Source of the DNA: Candidatus Cloacimonadales bacterium
GTDB lineage: Bacteria; Cloacimonadota; Cloacimonadia; Cloacimonadales; JAIOQZ01
Reading direction: 5' to 3'
Length of the DNA: 64,000 nucleotides
NCBI GenBank assembly: GCA_963674825.1
Contig: OY771587.1
Span: 544,001 to 608,000, forward strand
Every line of letters begins with the position of its first letter. Positions within the stretch are counted from its first letter, which is position 1. A program made the translations under genes and the position numbers. Below the pieces are notes generated by a model that worked only from the letters and a program-made list of their open reading frames with translations, made no database searches and was not told the DNA's origin. This document shows positions 1 through 10,168 of the stretch, piece after piece.

Positions 1-1
1 A

Positions 2-2692
2 TGGCGTGACACGGAGCAAATCTTGTTTCTCGCAATTGCTGGAAATGTTGTGCATCCGACGATCCAACTCGCTGCGAATTTCAACACAGCCAAATTGATT
101 GACTGCACATCGCAGGATAATGATATCGCCATGTCTCTTGCCACATTGAAATCCCCCAAACGTAAGATATTCTCGTATTATCATACACCGCTCTACGATG
201 TTGTAACTGCACTTACCTATCAGAACTCCACCTATCTGATCGATTCTGCCAGTATCGAAGGAACAAGTGTCTCCCAAAGAATCATTGTGTGGTTCATGCA
301 GCATCTTTATGAGAAGGGGGTTATCGATCGACACAGCGGTGATTACGAGAAAGGCGAATACTCAAAGATGCCCAAAATCCTGTTTGTCGGCAGAGGCAAG
401 ATTCCCTACTCCATAATCAGGGCAATCATCCTGTCGATGGAAACAATCGGGATATCTTATCAGGAAGCAGTGCAGTTTCTCAATCGATCATGCACAATAT
501 TCACCGACGACACCCTGTTTGCCGATGAATATACGCCGTATGATAGTAAAAGAAAACGCTACCGGTCATTTGGGCTAAACGCGGTGATTCCTCAGAAAGT
601 CTATACAAAGTTCCAAAACTGGGAATTTTACCCTCTCAGGAGACATAACTCAAACTTCTATCGGGACGCGATGAATATTCCAGTATTTTATAAAGACCTG
701 AACAACTTTGAGAACTACGCCGAATTACTCAAGATTATGCACAAGATCGGTCGTTATCCAGACCTAATTGTGTTCCTCGATTACGAACCATTCGGCAGCC
801 TTGCCCATTTAAATAGGGCAATCAACACGCTAGAGATTCATCAAAACTCCATCACCGCGCCACTACCATACATTATTACATCGGCAAGCTATTACGACAG
901 AATCTTCCTTAATGAGCAGCTCATGAGATACTTATTGAGTAATAACCCAGCTGAAAAGGTTCGTGGCTTTCCGACACCCTTGCCGATTGAAGCAAACCTA
1001 ACTCGAGACTCTGTTGCCTCCAACCAGAATGCCTCTATGGTTCGCGCGCTCCTTACCACCCAGGAAGACAGCCGGATGTGTTGGATCAAAGGAAAGGCAG
1101 AACCCCAGATCGAGCGACGAGTGCAAATGCTCGAAACCGAAGAGAGAATCAATCATCACGAGGCGGAAGTTACGTTTTGCCTTAGCGATAACGCCGGCTC
1201 CCTCGCAAGGTTGCTTACTCAAATGTTTTCGCGAAAAGTAGAAGCATTCGACCCGGGAAGTCCCCGCCCAAGCTTCAGCTTCTGTCATTCCTTCAAGGAA
1301 AGGCACTTCCAGCAAACATTTATCTTTACCGGAACGGCTTATCTCACAAAGAACCAATCCACTGAAACTGCTGACGCTATCGACGCGATGTACATCAACA
1401 CATCCGATGAATCATTTAAATTCTACAAGGACGCTCTTGAGCCATTTTCTTCAAGACTGACGGGTGGCCCGAAGGAATTATCTTGCCCAGGTAATGGATC
1501 TGTATTGACCGATTGCGCCATCTCAACATTCCAGAAGCACACAAACGTACCAACGTACCAGCTCGGACGCTTGAAAGCCGGTTTAAATCGAAACCATCAC
1601 CATGTAAGTACTCCAAGATTACCAGAACGCGTTCACATGAATATATGGGGAGATGGAAATGACATACCGGGAACATATTGCGAAACCCTTTGCGATATCA
1701 TGACGTGGAAAGATGTCACCGGTGAGCAAGGCTCCAGGGGTTGCCTGCCACTAATAGAATTCACGACAAGTATTCCTTGCGGCCAGACCAATCGAGCGCA
1801 GAAGAAATTCTATATCAGGCTATGGGATGAGGATAAATACCTGGAAGAAGAGAATAAGCTACTAGATATACTCAGGAAAATCAAAGAGGCAGAAAACCTC
1901 GACTTTTTCGGCATCAAGAAGCTGCACAACAGAAACAAACTCAAAGGCCAGATACAGCTAGTGGAAAGAGCCTTTTTCAAGAGCCAGGAGATCAAACGCT
2001 TCGGCACAATCCTGGGCCTGAAGATCAAGAAAGGTGGAGGATTAATTGACTGGCCCAGTATCGATGACAAGCATTCGCGCTTCGATCTTAATAAAGGCGA
2101 CGCTTGGTATCGCTACGCTATCGACCTACTGTACTTCCTAAACAAAGTAAAAGTACCTGGCGAACTTTCCGACTTGTACGACCCCTCGGAGAAACCACTT
2201 CCTGAAAGCGAATGTCGATCACTGATTGATAAATACAACTATGATCGCCACACCGCTTTCATTGTTATCAGAACAACATGCGGAGGAAATGATCATCTCT
2301 GCGTTGACGAGGAAGAAGCCCACCTTAAATGCAAGGATCATTACTACAGAATCTGTATTGCCGACGAAAAAGCTGAGCACACAGAATGGGCCCAAAATGC
2401 TGCATTGGAATACTGTTTCACCATTGAGAAGGATCTCAAAAAGGAATTCGACAAGAGGCTGCTACATCCGGCATCAATCCAGAACGACTACATCAAAGAC
2501 AACCCATATAAGATAACACTTAACGATGTCCTGAATAACAGAGTTTTCCTGAAAGACTTGATCAAAGTTGGCTATGAACTCGCCATTGTAAGAAGCGATC
2601 TCCTTAAGAGATACAGAAACAGAAATGATTCTGGAGACGAGAATGATGAGATATGGGTCAATAATCGTTTGTTCTTCTTCGACGATATATAG
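2..2692 (+). CDS. Large hypothetical protein, 5'-truncated by the window edge; RCK/TrkA-N-like and ACT-like segments
   Basis: The frame is open from nt 2 (WRDTEQILFLAIAG...). KILFVGRGKIPYSII resembles an RCK Rossmann start, and VTFCLSDNAGSLARLL resembles an ACT motif. Visibly more AT-rich than the core genes. Confidence 0.55.
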   Translation, partial: WRDTEQILFLAIAGNVVHPTIQLAANFNTAKLIDCTSQDNDIAMSLATLKSPKRKIFSYYHTPLYDVVTALTYQNSTYLIDSASIEGTSVSQRIIVWFMQHLYEKGVIDRHSGDYEKGEYSKMPKILFVGRGKIPYSIIRAIILSMETIGISYQEAVQFLNRSCTIFTDDTLFADEYTPYDSKRKRYRSFGLNAVIPQKVYTKFQNWEFYPLRRHNSNFYRDAMNIPVFYKDLNNFENYAELLKIMHKIGRYPDLIVFLDYEPFGSLAHLNRAINTLEIHQNSITAPLPYIITSASYYDRIFLNEQLMRYLLSNNPAEKVRGFPTPLPIEANLTRDSVASNQNASMVRALLTTQEDSRMCWIKGKAEPQIERRVQMLETEERINHHEAEVTFCLSDNAGSLARLLTQMFSRKVEAFDPGSPRPSFSFCHSFKERHFQQTFIFTGTAYLTKNQSTETADAIDAMYINTSDESFKFYKDALEPFSSRLTGGPKELSCPGNGSVLTDCAISTFQKHTNVPTYQLGRLKAGLNRNHHHVSTPRLPERVHMNIWGDGNDIPGTYCETLCDIMTWKDVTGEQGSRGCLPLIEFTTSIPCGQTNRAQKKFYIRLWDEDKYLEEENKLLDILRKIKEAENLDFFGIKKLHNRNKLKGQIQLVERAFFKSQEIKRFGTILGLKIKKGGGLIDWPSIDDKHSRFDLNKGDAWYRYAIDLLYFLNKVKVPGELSDLYDPSEKPLPESECRSLIDKYNYDRHTAFIVIRTTCGGNDHLCVDEEEAHLKCKDHYYRICIADEKAEHTEWAQNAALEYCFTIEKDLKKEFDKRLLHPASIQNDYIKDNPYKITLNDVLNNRVFLKDLIKVGYELAIVRSDLLKRYRNRNDSGDENDEIWVNNRLFFFDDI

Positions 2693-2862
2693 CTCGTTTT
2701 TTATTCTTCATTTTCGATTTGGAAATTATAGCCTGAATAGCGATATTGCTGGACGCACAGGATTTCGGCATTATGTTATTTGTAGGTGATTGAGTATCGT
2801 TTCATTGATTTGAAGATTCAAGCATCGGTTCAGCTACTGTGGCGAATTTTGGGCAAAAAAAA

Positions 2863-2938
<76 letters not shown>

Positions 2939-3002
2939 ACGCAACAGATAAGAGGCAAGATTACTTTCGCGAAAAATGTGTCAAGGGGTTTTTGGTGAAT
3001 AT

Positions 3003-4943
3003 ATGAAAAATCGGTTTGTTCTGTTGCTGTTTATATGCATTGCTACTGCGCTTTGGAGCGCAACAGTACCTAATGTTGTCGTCTTTGATCCAGACCACCA
3101 ACCCGGCACAATCCAGATTTCTGCTATTGTGCAAAACGAACTCCACCGAGCGCTGGTCGAAACAGGTAAATTCCGGGTCGTGGAACGCCGCAACCTCGAT
3201 GCCATCATGCAGGAGCAACAACTCTCGATGGAAGACTTCACCGAGCAATCCAGCATTTATCGACTGGGGCAGCTTCTCGATGCCGACTACATTCTCTTCT
3301 CCTCCATCCACAGGCAGGATTCACAGCTAATTGTGTATCTTAATCTCACAGATGTATTCACCGGTGAAACACTCTATCCCGAGTCTTTCATCTCGACTGC
3401 GGATATTCATTCCATCAAGCGTGGTGTCGAATCCGCTGTCGATCGGATCGCATCCAGATTCGAGCTACGTGGTTTCATCGTGAAGATGGAGGACGATGAT
3501 ATCTTCATAGATCTCGGTTCGCGAAACAACCTGACCGTAAACACAATAATGGAAGTGTATCGCACCGGTGAGCGCATCATTGATCCAAACGCCTTCCGCG
3601 TGATTGGATTCGATCGTAAGCGCATCGGCGAGATCATCATCACAGAGATAATCTCGGAAGAATTATCCCGAGCCAGGCTTTATTCCGGGGAAAAATTTGC
3701 AGTGGGCGATGAAATATCACCGCTAATCGAAGAACCCGCAACCATGGAAGTAAAACCTGTTGGAAAACCTACCAAGCTCAAGCCGCACTCCAAACGCGAT
3801 ACATGGCTTGAAATCAACGTGCAGCCAACAGACACGCGCGTATATCTCGATACCAAAGAACTTCGTCGCTCCTCCTGGGAATACCCATACAGGAAACACG
3901 TTGAGCCAGGCATCCATTTTGTTCGTTTCGAGAGAAACGGATATGGAACCATCCGCAAGCCACTCGAGGTCAGGGAGGGAGAGCAGTTCAACCTGCAGAT
4001 ATCGCTTCAACCTGTTACAGGAACCCTTTACCTGAACACCGATCCTCCCGGGGCAGAAATATATATTGACGACCAGTTCGAAGGGATATCCCCAATTCGA
4101 ATTTCGCGTGAGAAAAATCAACGCTACAAACTTCGTGTGGTGAAGTCAGGATATCAACAGGAAGAAAAACGGGTTCGTATTCGGCCAAACGAAATCGACG
4201 ACATGCTCATCAAGCTGGAAACCGACCCTAAATCTCGCTCGATAACACCACCCGCGATGGTGATGATTCCGGGAGGGAGCTTCATGATGGGTTCTGACGA
4301 AGAAGAAGCCAAGCGCGACGAACAGCCACAACATCGCGTTGACATCGATTCCTTTTTCATCGATCGCTACGAAGTCATGGTCAAACAGTTCCGCACTTTT
4401 TGTGAAGTGACGGGGTATCATATGCCCGTACTACCCGATTGGATAACGGATCACGACCCCATGATCAACGTCACCTGGTACGATGCCAAAGCATATGCCC
4501 AGTGGGCCGGGAAGCGGCTGCCAACTGAAGCCGAGTGGGAATACATAGCGCGCACCAGCTGCCCGAAGAGTGCATTTTGTACAAAAAACACAGATATGAA
4601 CGCGCGTGACTGGGCGAATATCCAGGGTACAAGCGGACAGGATCGTTGGGATAAAATCGCGCCTGTGGGGAATCTCATCCCCGACTCCATGGGGCTTTAT
4701 GATTTCGGCGGAAACGTCTTCGAGTGGTGCGAGGACTGGTATGATCGCAATTACTATTCTTACAGTGTGAAGAAGAACCCGCAGGGCGCAGGATTCGGTA
4801 ATCGTAAAGTGATCCGCGGAGGTTGCTGGGCCTTCGGGAGCGAAAGCCTGAAAGCATATTCCCGTAGCGTAGGAAATCCCAATACCCGCAGCTCGATCAT
4901 TGGGTTTCGTTGTGCACAAAGCATAGGCCGGAATAACGAATGA
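3003..4943 (+). CDS. Secreted CsgG/HfaB-like + PEGA repeats + FGE-sulfatase (SUMF1)-type domain protein
   Basis: Signal peptide MKNRFVLLLF; FRVVERRNLDAIMQEQ (CsgG-like); TDPPGAEIYIDDQFEG (PEGA); F.MGS...EQPQH, RLPTEAEWEY, GNVFEW, RGG.W and GFRC (FGE fold). Confidence 0.85.
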   Translation: MKNRFVLLLFICIATALWSATVPNVVVFDPDHQPGTIQISAIVQNELHRALVETGKFRVVERRNLDAIMQEQQLSMEDFTEQSSIYRLGQLLDADYILFSSIHRQDSQLIVYLNLTDVFTGETLYPESFISTADIHSIKRGVESAVDRIASRFELRGFIVKMEDDDIFIDLGSRNNLTVNTIMEVYRTGERIIDPNAFRVIGFDRKRIGEIIITEIISEELSRARLYSGEKFAVGDEISPLIEEPATMEVKPVGKPTKLKPHSKRDTWLEINVQPTDTRVYLDTKELRRSSWEYPYRKHVEPGIHFVRFERNGYGTIRKPLEVREGEQFNLQISLQPVTGTLYLNTDPPGAEIYIDDQFEGISPIRISREKNQRYKLRVVKSGYQQEEKRVRIRPNEIDDMLIKLETDPKSRSITPPAMVMIPGGSFMMGSDEEEAKRDEQPQHRVDIDSFFIDRYEVMVKQFRTFCEVTGYHMPVLPDWITDHDPMINVTWYDAKAYAQWAGKRLPTEAEWEYIARTSCPKSAFCTKNTDMNARDWANIQGTSGQDRWDKIAPVGNLIPDSMGLYDFGGNVFEWCEDWYDRNYYSYSVKKNPQGAGFGNRKVIRGGCWAFGSESLKAYSRSVGNPNTRSSIIGFRCAQSIGRNNE

Positions 4944-4963
4944 CGAATATTAACAAAATTCTT

Positions 4964-4992
4964 TTGACAAATGCAGCAGTGATAAATATGTT
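4964..4992 (+). promoter_or_regulatory. Putative sigma70 promoter for the HDOD-cheY-cheZ genes
   Basis: TTGACA (4964-4969), 17-nt spacer, TATGTT (4987-4992). Confidence 0.5.
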
Positions 4993-5051
4993 TTCATTGT
5001 GATTTAATGGGTGGATAGTCATGTGTCAAACACGAAAGGATAGCATATCAA

Positions 5052-5930
5052 ATGGCTGGCGATATTGATTGGATAAAAGAAGAGCTTGAAAAAATACAGT
5101 CGTTACCGACATTACCTGTCATCGCATCAAGACTGCTCAATATGCTTGATTCCCGACAGGTCTCAATGAGCGATATATCGAAGATCATCGTTGTGGATCC
5201 CGCACTCACAAGCCGTATCCTTAAAATTGCTAACTCCCCCTACTACGGCATGCGAAACCGCATTGACACGATCAAGCTTGCGCTTGTAATTCTCGGTATC
5301 AACGAAATTAAAAACGTGCTCCTCAGTATATCACTTTTCCGCACGTTCACTACGAACGACGACGAATTCCAGTTCGATTCCCAGACTTTCTGGGTTCACT
5401 CAATGGCAACTGCACACTTCGCCAAGAAGCTCGCAAAAGATTTTAAGCTCAAGAGCCACGGCGAAGACTTTACAGCCGGCCTGATCCACGATATCGGTAA
5501 ACTTATTATCGCCCAGTATTTTTCGGAATTCCTTCCGGATATCGATAACGCGATCAAAACCGACAATATCCCCAATTACGAAGCCGAGGAGAGAGTTCTC
5601 GGGTTGTCCCATATGGATATTGGCGCATGGCTGGCCGACAAATGGAAACTTCCGGCTCACTTGATCCAGACGATACGGTACCATCACTATGCCCACCTTA
5701 CCGAAGAACACCAACTCCTGTGTACGATCGTTGGTCTGGCAAACCTCATCGCTAATTTCCACCAGTTTGGCAACGATCCCATGGCCGATCTCGATTCCAT
5801 CCTCAACTTCAAGGGTTGGGAGTTGATCGAGACAAGTATCCAGCAGGAAGATTATAACCGACAGGAATATGTGTTGAGCCTCTCGGAAGAATCCGACGCG
5901 GTCAACGCTTACGTCCAGGCACTATTATGA
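5052..5930 (+). CDS. HDOD domain protein
   Basis: LPTLP, DPALTSRILKIANSPYYG, FWVHS, AGLIHDIGK and WKLP...IRYHH. Confidence 0.92.
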   Translation: MAGDIDWIKEELEKIQSLPTLPVIASRLLNMLDSRQVSMSDISKIIVVDPALTSRILKIANSPYYGMRNRIDTIKLALVILGINEIKNVLLSISLFRTFTTNDDEFQFDSQTFWVHSMATAHFAKKLAKDFKLKSHGEDFTAGLIHDIGKLIIAQYFSEFLPDIDNAIKTDNIPNYEAEERVLGLSHMDIGAWLADKWKLPAHLIQTIRYHHYAHLTEEHQLLCTIVGLANLIANFHQFGNDPMADLDSILNFKGWELIETSIQQEDYNRQEYVLSLSEESDAVNAYVQALL

Positions 5931-5963
5931 TAATATTTAAAGAAAAACCTCGATGGAGGATTT

Positions 5964-6341
5964 ATGTCTGATCTCAAATTTTTGATAGTTGATGACTCAC
6001 CTACAATGCGTAGAATCGTGAACAACACGCTCAAACGCCTTGGCTATCGTGATATCGAAGAAGCAGATAACGGGTCCAGCGGCATGGACAAACTGCGCAG
6101 TATTCCAGGCATCAATTTCGTTGTTACCGACTGGAACATGCCCGTGATGGATGGACTGCAATTTGTCCAGACTATCCGTGGAAGCCAGGAATTTGCCAAG
6201 ATACCGATCCTGATGGTCACCACGCGAAGCGTAAAGGATGACATTATTGAAGCCATGAAGGCAGGAGTGAATAACTATATAGTCAAGCCATTCACCCCGG
6301 AAACCATGAAAAGCAAGATTGACGCAATCTTGAATAGATAA
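5964..6341 (+). CDS. cheY: Chemotaxis response regulator CheY
   Basis: LKFLIVDDSPTMRRIV, TDWNMPVMDG and NYIVKPFT; single receiver domain next to a cheZ-like gene. Confidence 0.9.
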   Translation: MSDLKFLIVDDSPTMRRIVNNTLKRLGYRDIEEADNGSSGMDKLRSIPGINFVVTDWNMPVMDGLQFVQTIRGSQEFAKIPILMVTTRSVKDDIIEAMKAGVNNYIVKPFTPETMKSKIDAILNR

Positions 6342-6352
6342 CGGGGGACAGA

Positions 6353-7435
6353 ATGCACCACGACGATATAAAAAAAGAAGGAATCGTTCCCGTAATCGAA
6401 AACCTCAAAGAGATGTTGAACGAAGTGGGAACCGATCTCTCTCCGTTACTTGACGAAGAGCTTTCGAACGAATCAGCGGACTCGATCAGAAGCAAAATCT
6501 CCGCGATGGATACCAAGATGCAGCGCCTCATTGAGTCGATCAACCACAGCTACGAGCTGATCCAGATGGTTATTCAATCGATTCACACAAGCCGTTCGGA
6601 GCTGAAGAAGAGTGTCGATGGTCTGATCAAAAAGACCGGCATGCAGCTTCAGAAAGTCACATCGACAACCGAAGAGGCAACCAACAAGATCCTCGACGTC
6701 GCCGAGAAACTCGATGAAGACCAGATGAAAATCATCGACGCAATCGATTCGCTCGAGCAAGAAACTGATTCCGGCGAGAAACGATCCGAGAAGTTCGAGG
6801 ATCTACGCCAGAAGATCTACCAGAATCAGGAATCTGCATTCACAATCATGGATTACTTGCAATTCCAGGACATCACCGCACAGCAGATCGCCGGCGCATA
6901 CGCGCTTCTTTCAGATACGGAGAAAACACTGTTGTACGTTTCGGAGACATTGAAGCGCCTAGATACCACGTTCGACTTGAACGAAGACATGGGCAATAAC
7001 ATCGACAAGAATTCCTTTAATGCCGATGCATCCTATGCAGACAAAGCAAGCATACAGTCGGCAATCGACAACCTTTTTGAATCGGGCGATGAAAATGTAG
7101 TTATCCCGGACGATCAGCAAGTGACATCATCAAGAGGACTGGGCGTATCGAAAGAAAGCGATGCAAGCAAGGAGCAAGTCTCCAATGACGACATCGATGC
7201 CTTGTTCGGCGGTGGAACATCAGAAGCAAGCTCGCAGGATGACATCGATGCCTTGTTCGGCGGCAGTGGAAGCGGCGGAACCAGCTCTCAGGACGATATC
7301 GACGCCCTGTTCTCAAACACTTCTGAAGCGGATTCGAAAAGCGAGGGGAATGGAAAAGCTAAGTCTCCAGAGAAAAAGGACGATAAAAAAAGCGAAGCAG
7401 CGAGCCAAGAAGAGATTGACAAGTTATTCGGTTGA
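6353..7435 (+). CDS. cheZ: CheZ-family phosphatase with repeated C-terminal CheY-binding helices
   Basis: TEEATNKILD and the catalytic LQFQDITAQQI (DxxxQ); C-terminal SQDDIDALF-type motifs; follows cheY. Confidence 0.82.
   Translation: MHHDDIKKEGIVPVIENLKEMLNEVGTDLSPLLDEELSNESADSIRSKISAMDTKMQRLIESINHSYELIQMVIQSIHTSRSELKKSVDGLIKKTGMQLQKVTSTTEEATNKILDVAEKLDEDQMKIIDAIDSLEQETDSGEKRSEKFEDLRQKIYQNQESAFTIMDYLQFQDITAQQIAGAYALLSDTEKTLLYVSETLKRLDTTFDLNEDMGNNIDKNSFNADASYADKASIQSAIDNLFESGDENVVIPDDQQVTSSRGLGVSKESDASKEQVSNDDIDALFGGGTSEASSQDDIDALFGGSGSGGTSSQDDIDALFSNTSEADSKSEGNGKAKSPEKKDDKKSEAASQEEIDKLFG
7181..7312 (+). repeat. Three near-tandem copies of a DDIDALF-encoding unit within cheZ
   Basis: gacatcgatgccttgttcggcgg occurs twice, plus a diverged third copy gacgatatcgacgccctgttc. 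Confidence 0.85.
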
Positions 7436-7528
7436 ATGACGAATTGAATCTTGACGCCAATAATAAATTGTTGACAGAATTGTGGCGGTGTACTCAAGAT
7501 AAACTGGAATAATAGCAGAGGATATACA

Positions 7529-7894
7529 ATGAGTAAATCGATACTTGTCGTTGATGACGAAGAAAACATTCGGGAAATAATATCGGAATTTCTTCAAACA
7601 CTTGGATATAATGTAGTTGAAGTATCCAATGGAGAAGAAGCCATTGTTGCTTGTAGCAAGCATAAATTCGATTTGATCATCACGGATATTCGAATGCCGA
7701 AGATGAACGGTTTGAAGCTACTGAAAGCGATTAAAACCTACATGCCCGAGATGCCCGTCATCCTCATGACAGGCTATCAGCCATCCAAAGCGCAGGAAGA
7801 GAGTCTCACCACCAAAGCCGACGGCTATTTGCTCAAACCTTTCTCGCTCAACTCGCTAAGACAATCGATCCTGAAAATTTTCAAGACATTGTAA
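7529..7894 (+). CDS. Single-domain response regulator
   Basis: ILVVDDE, ITDIRMP, MTGY and LKPF. Confidence 0.9.
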   Translation: MSKSILVVDDEENIREIISEFLQTLGYNVVEVSNGEEAIVACSKHKFDLIITDIRMPKMNGLKLLKAIKTYMPEMPVILMTGYQPSKAQEESLTTKADGYLLKPFSLNSLRQSILKIFKTL

Positions 7895-7906
7895 CATGTT
7901 AGAACG

Positions 7907-8173
7907 ATGCCGGCGAAAAAAATCATCAAGAATTACAAGATCGAAGGAGAAGACCGGATCCCTACACCTTCGGCAATGACCGGATCAGCCTTAAATATAA
8001 TCAAGAAAGCATCAATTACACCTCAAAGCCGAGAAATTACATCCTCTGATGTCAAAGACAAAAAGCCCGTACCGACGATCAAGGTAAATAAAGACGAAAG
8101 TGGAATCATTACGTCCATTGAAGTCACTTGCGCGTGCGGGGAAACAATCCTTATCGCATTGGACTACGAATGA
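7907..8173 (+). CDS. Small hypothetical protein with a C-terminal CxCG motif
   Basis: 88 aa ending IEVTCACGETILIALDYE; ATGA overlap with the next gene. Confidence 0.7.
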   Translation: MPAKKIIKNYKIEGEDRIPTPSAMTGSALNIIKKASITPQSREITSSDVKDKKPVPTIKVNKDESGIITSIEVTCACGETILIALDYE

Positions 8174-8853
8174 ACGCGAAAATACTTGTCGTAGATGATG
8201 AACTGCTCCTGCGCGATGTGCTGTTCGATTATCTCTCCCGCCAGGGCTATGAAGTGCTTATGGCCTCCAACGGCGAGAAAGCACTCGAAATCGCTCAGAA
8301 TAACCGTTTTCACCTCGCACTCGTCGATATCAAGATGCCCGGGATCAGCGGACTCGACGTCACGGCAAAGCTGAAAGAACTCTATCCGCAGATCATCGTT
8401 ATCATCATGACCGGCTACCCGAGCCTCAACACCGCTATCTCCGCCATCAAACTCGGCGCGACCGAATATATCGTTAAGCCATTTCGGCTGGACGAACTAA
8501 ACCGCATCATCGCTAAAAACCTCTCCTCGCTCGATACCGAATACGAAAACCTCAAGCTCAAAGAGCGTATCAAGGAATTGGAGAAACAACTGGGCGTCGA
8601 TGGCAACGAACCGGAGCAGCAAGAAGACAGCCTTCATGGGGACGTCCCAGAAGAGCAGCTTCGTTCCCGCGGAACATATGGGCTCGACCCGGCTGCCGCG
8701 TCAGAAAAATATCGAAACCAGACATCATCAGCGAAAAAGCAGAATATGGACGACCAGCTTCTACGCCTGGACCGAATGCTTGCCGATCATATCATCACAC
8801 CAGAGGAGTACGAGAAGAAAAAAGCCGAAATCCTGAAAGAACAATATGCCTGA
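8170..8853 (+). CDS. Response regulator with a coiled coil and a C-terminal SHOCT-like domain
   Basis: Receiver motifs VDDE, VDIKMP, TGY and KPF; C-terminal LDRMLADHIITPEEYEKKKAEIL. Confidence 0.85.
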   Translation: MNAKILVVDDELLLRDVLFDYLSRQGYEVLMASNGEKALEIAQNNRFHLALVDIKMPGISGLDVTAKLKELYPQIIVIIMTGYPSLNTAISAIKLGATEYIVKPFRLDELNRIIAKNLSSLDTEYENLKLKERIKELEKQLGVDGNEPEQQEDSLHGDVPEEQLRSRGTYGLDPAAASEKYRNQTSSAKKQNMDDQLLRLDRMLADHIITPEEYEKKKAEILKEQYA

Positions 8854-10168
8854 CACCACACGCGGAAATCCCCGAGAGCATTCTCCAGCCCAGATTAATG
8901 AGCTAACCTGTGCTTTCCGGGATTTCAATGTTATTATAGAGCGCTTCCAGGAAACGTTTCAGGGTCTTCAGAATAAGATCGACATCCTCAACCAGATCGT
9001 CGAGAAAAAAAACGCTGAGCTCGAAAAACAGATCCATGAGGGCGAGAACATTAAAAACTTGCTCCACGGAATTCTCGAACACGTTTATACGGGTGTTGTC
9101 GTTATCGATACATCCGGGGCAATCATCCTCTTTAACAAGGCCGCCGAAGATATTACCGGTTACGAGAAGGATGAGGTTCTGGGCTCTAACTACCTGAAAC
9201 TCTTCGGTAATGCGCAGGTTCGAACCAAATCACCCCTCTATACACTTACCACCGGCAAGGAGTCTTTCCATCGCAGGAAAATTATGCGCACGAAGGACAA
9301 AAAGCCGGTCAACGTTGAATTCAGCAGTACGCTGGTCAAGGACGTCCACGGTGAAGTCATGGGCGTTGTCGAGACCTTCAATGACATCTCCGAGATCAGT
9401 AACCTGCAACGGCGGGTAACGCAGGTGGAAACACTTGCTGCACTTGGAGAGATGGCCGCCAACGTCGCGCACGAGATCCGCAATCCACTCGGTGGAATCG
9501 GCGGATTCGCCGGACTTCTGGACCGTAAACTAGCCAAAGATGATCCCAATCGCAAGCTGATCAAGCCCATCGTGGAAGGCGTCTCGCGGTTGAATACAAT
9601 CGTTTCCGATCTTCTGTCGTTCACCAGACCGCAGAAGCTGAACCCGGTGAAGGTCGTCTTGCAGGATACCTTGCAGGAAATTATTGACTTTTTCCGCATC
9701 AGTCTGGGTAATCTGGACAAGGACGTCGAACTGATAACACAGTTCCCCGATAACGAAATTCACGTATATCTTGACAGCCAATTGTTCCAGCAGATTGTTA
9801 TTAATTTGTTGAAGAACGCTTACGATGCGATCGAAGATAGCGGGACCATCGAGGTTCGCATCCGCATGAACATGCCGGAAAGCCTCAGCGATGTGCTCGA
9901 CGAAGATGAGAAAGACGAGCTTCTACGCATGTTCAGCTATATGGAAATCGACATCGTCGATAACGGCATCGGAATACCGGAGGAGACGCTTCCCAAGCTG
10001 TTCAACCCCTTCTTCACGACGAAGGATGACGGTAACGGACTGGGACTGGCGATCACCCGAAAGATCATTAACCTGCACAAGGGCGATATCACTGTCGCAT
10101 CCGAGGTCAACAAGGGTACGACTTTCACTATCAGCCTGCCGCTATACGAAACCTATCACGAGTTATGA
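8846..10168 (+). CDS. Cytoplasmic PAS sensor histidine kinase (FleS/FlgS/AtoS-like)
   Basis: PAS (FNKAAEDITGY), H-box AHEIRNPL, N-box NLLKNA, DNGIGI, FNPFFTTK and GLGL. Confidence 0.93.
   Translation: MPDTTRGNPREHSPAQINELTCAFRDFNVIIERFQETFQGLQNKIDILNQIVEKKNAELEKQIHEGENIKNLLHGILEHVYTGVVVIDTSGAIILFNKAAEDITGYEKDEVLGSNYLKLFGNAQVRTKSPLYTLTTGKESFHRRKIMRTKDKKPVNVEFSSTLVKDVHGEVMGVVETFNDISEISNLQRRVTQVETLAALGEMAANVAHEIRNPLGGIGGFAGLLDRKLAKDDPNRKLIKPIVEGVSRLNTIVSDLLSFTRPQKLNPVKVVLQDTLQEIIDFFRISLGNLDKDVELITQFPDNEIHVYLDSQLFQQIVINLLKNAYDAIEDSGTIEVRIRMNMPESLSDVLDEDEKDELLRMFSYMEIDIVDNGIGIPEETLPKLFNPFFTTKDDGNGLGLAITRKIINLHKGDITVASEVNKGTTFTISLPLYETYHEL

Noticed and set aside
4250..4943. FGE/CLec-type domain as a possible DGR target
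   Set aside because: No reverse transcriptase and no template-repeat copy of the 3' end were seen in the window.
7181..7312. Spaced direct repeats as a possible CRISPR array
   Set aside because: They are in-frame coding repeats with synonymous differences, there are only three, and no cas genes are present.
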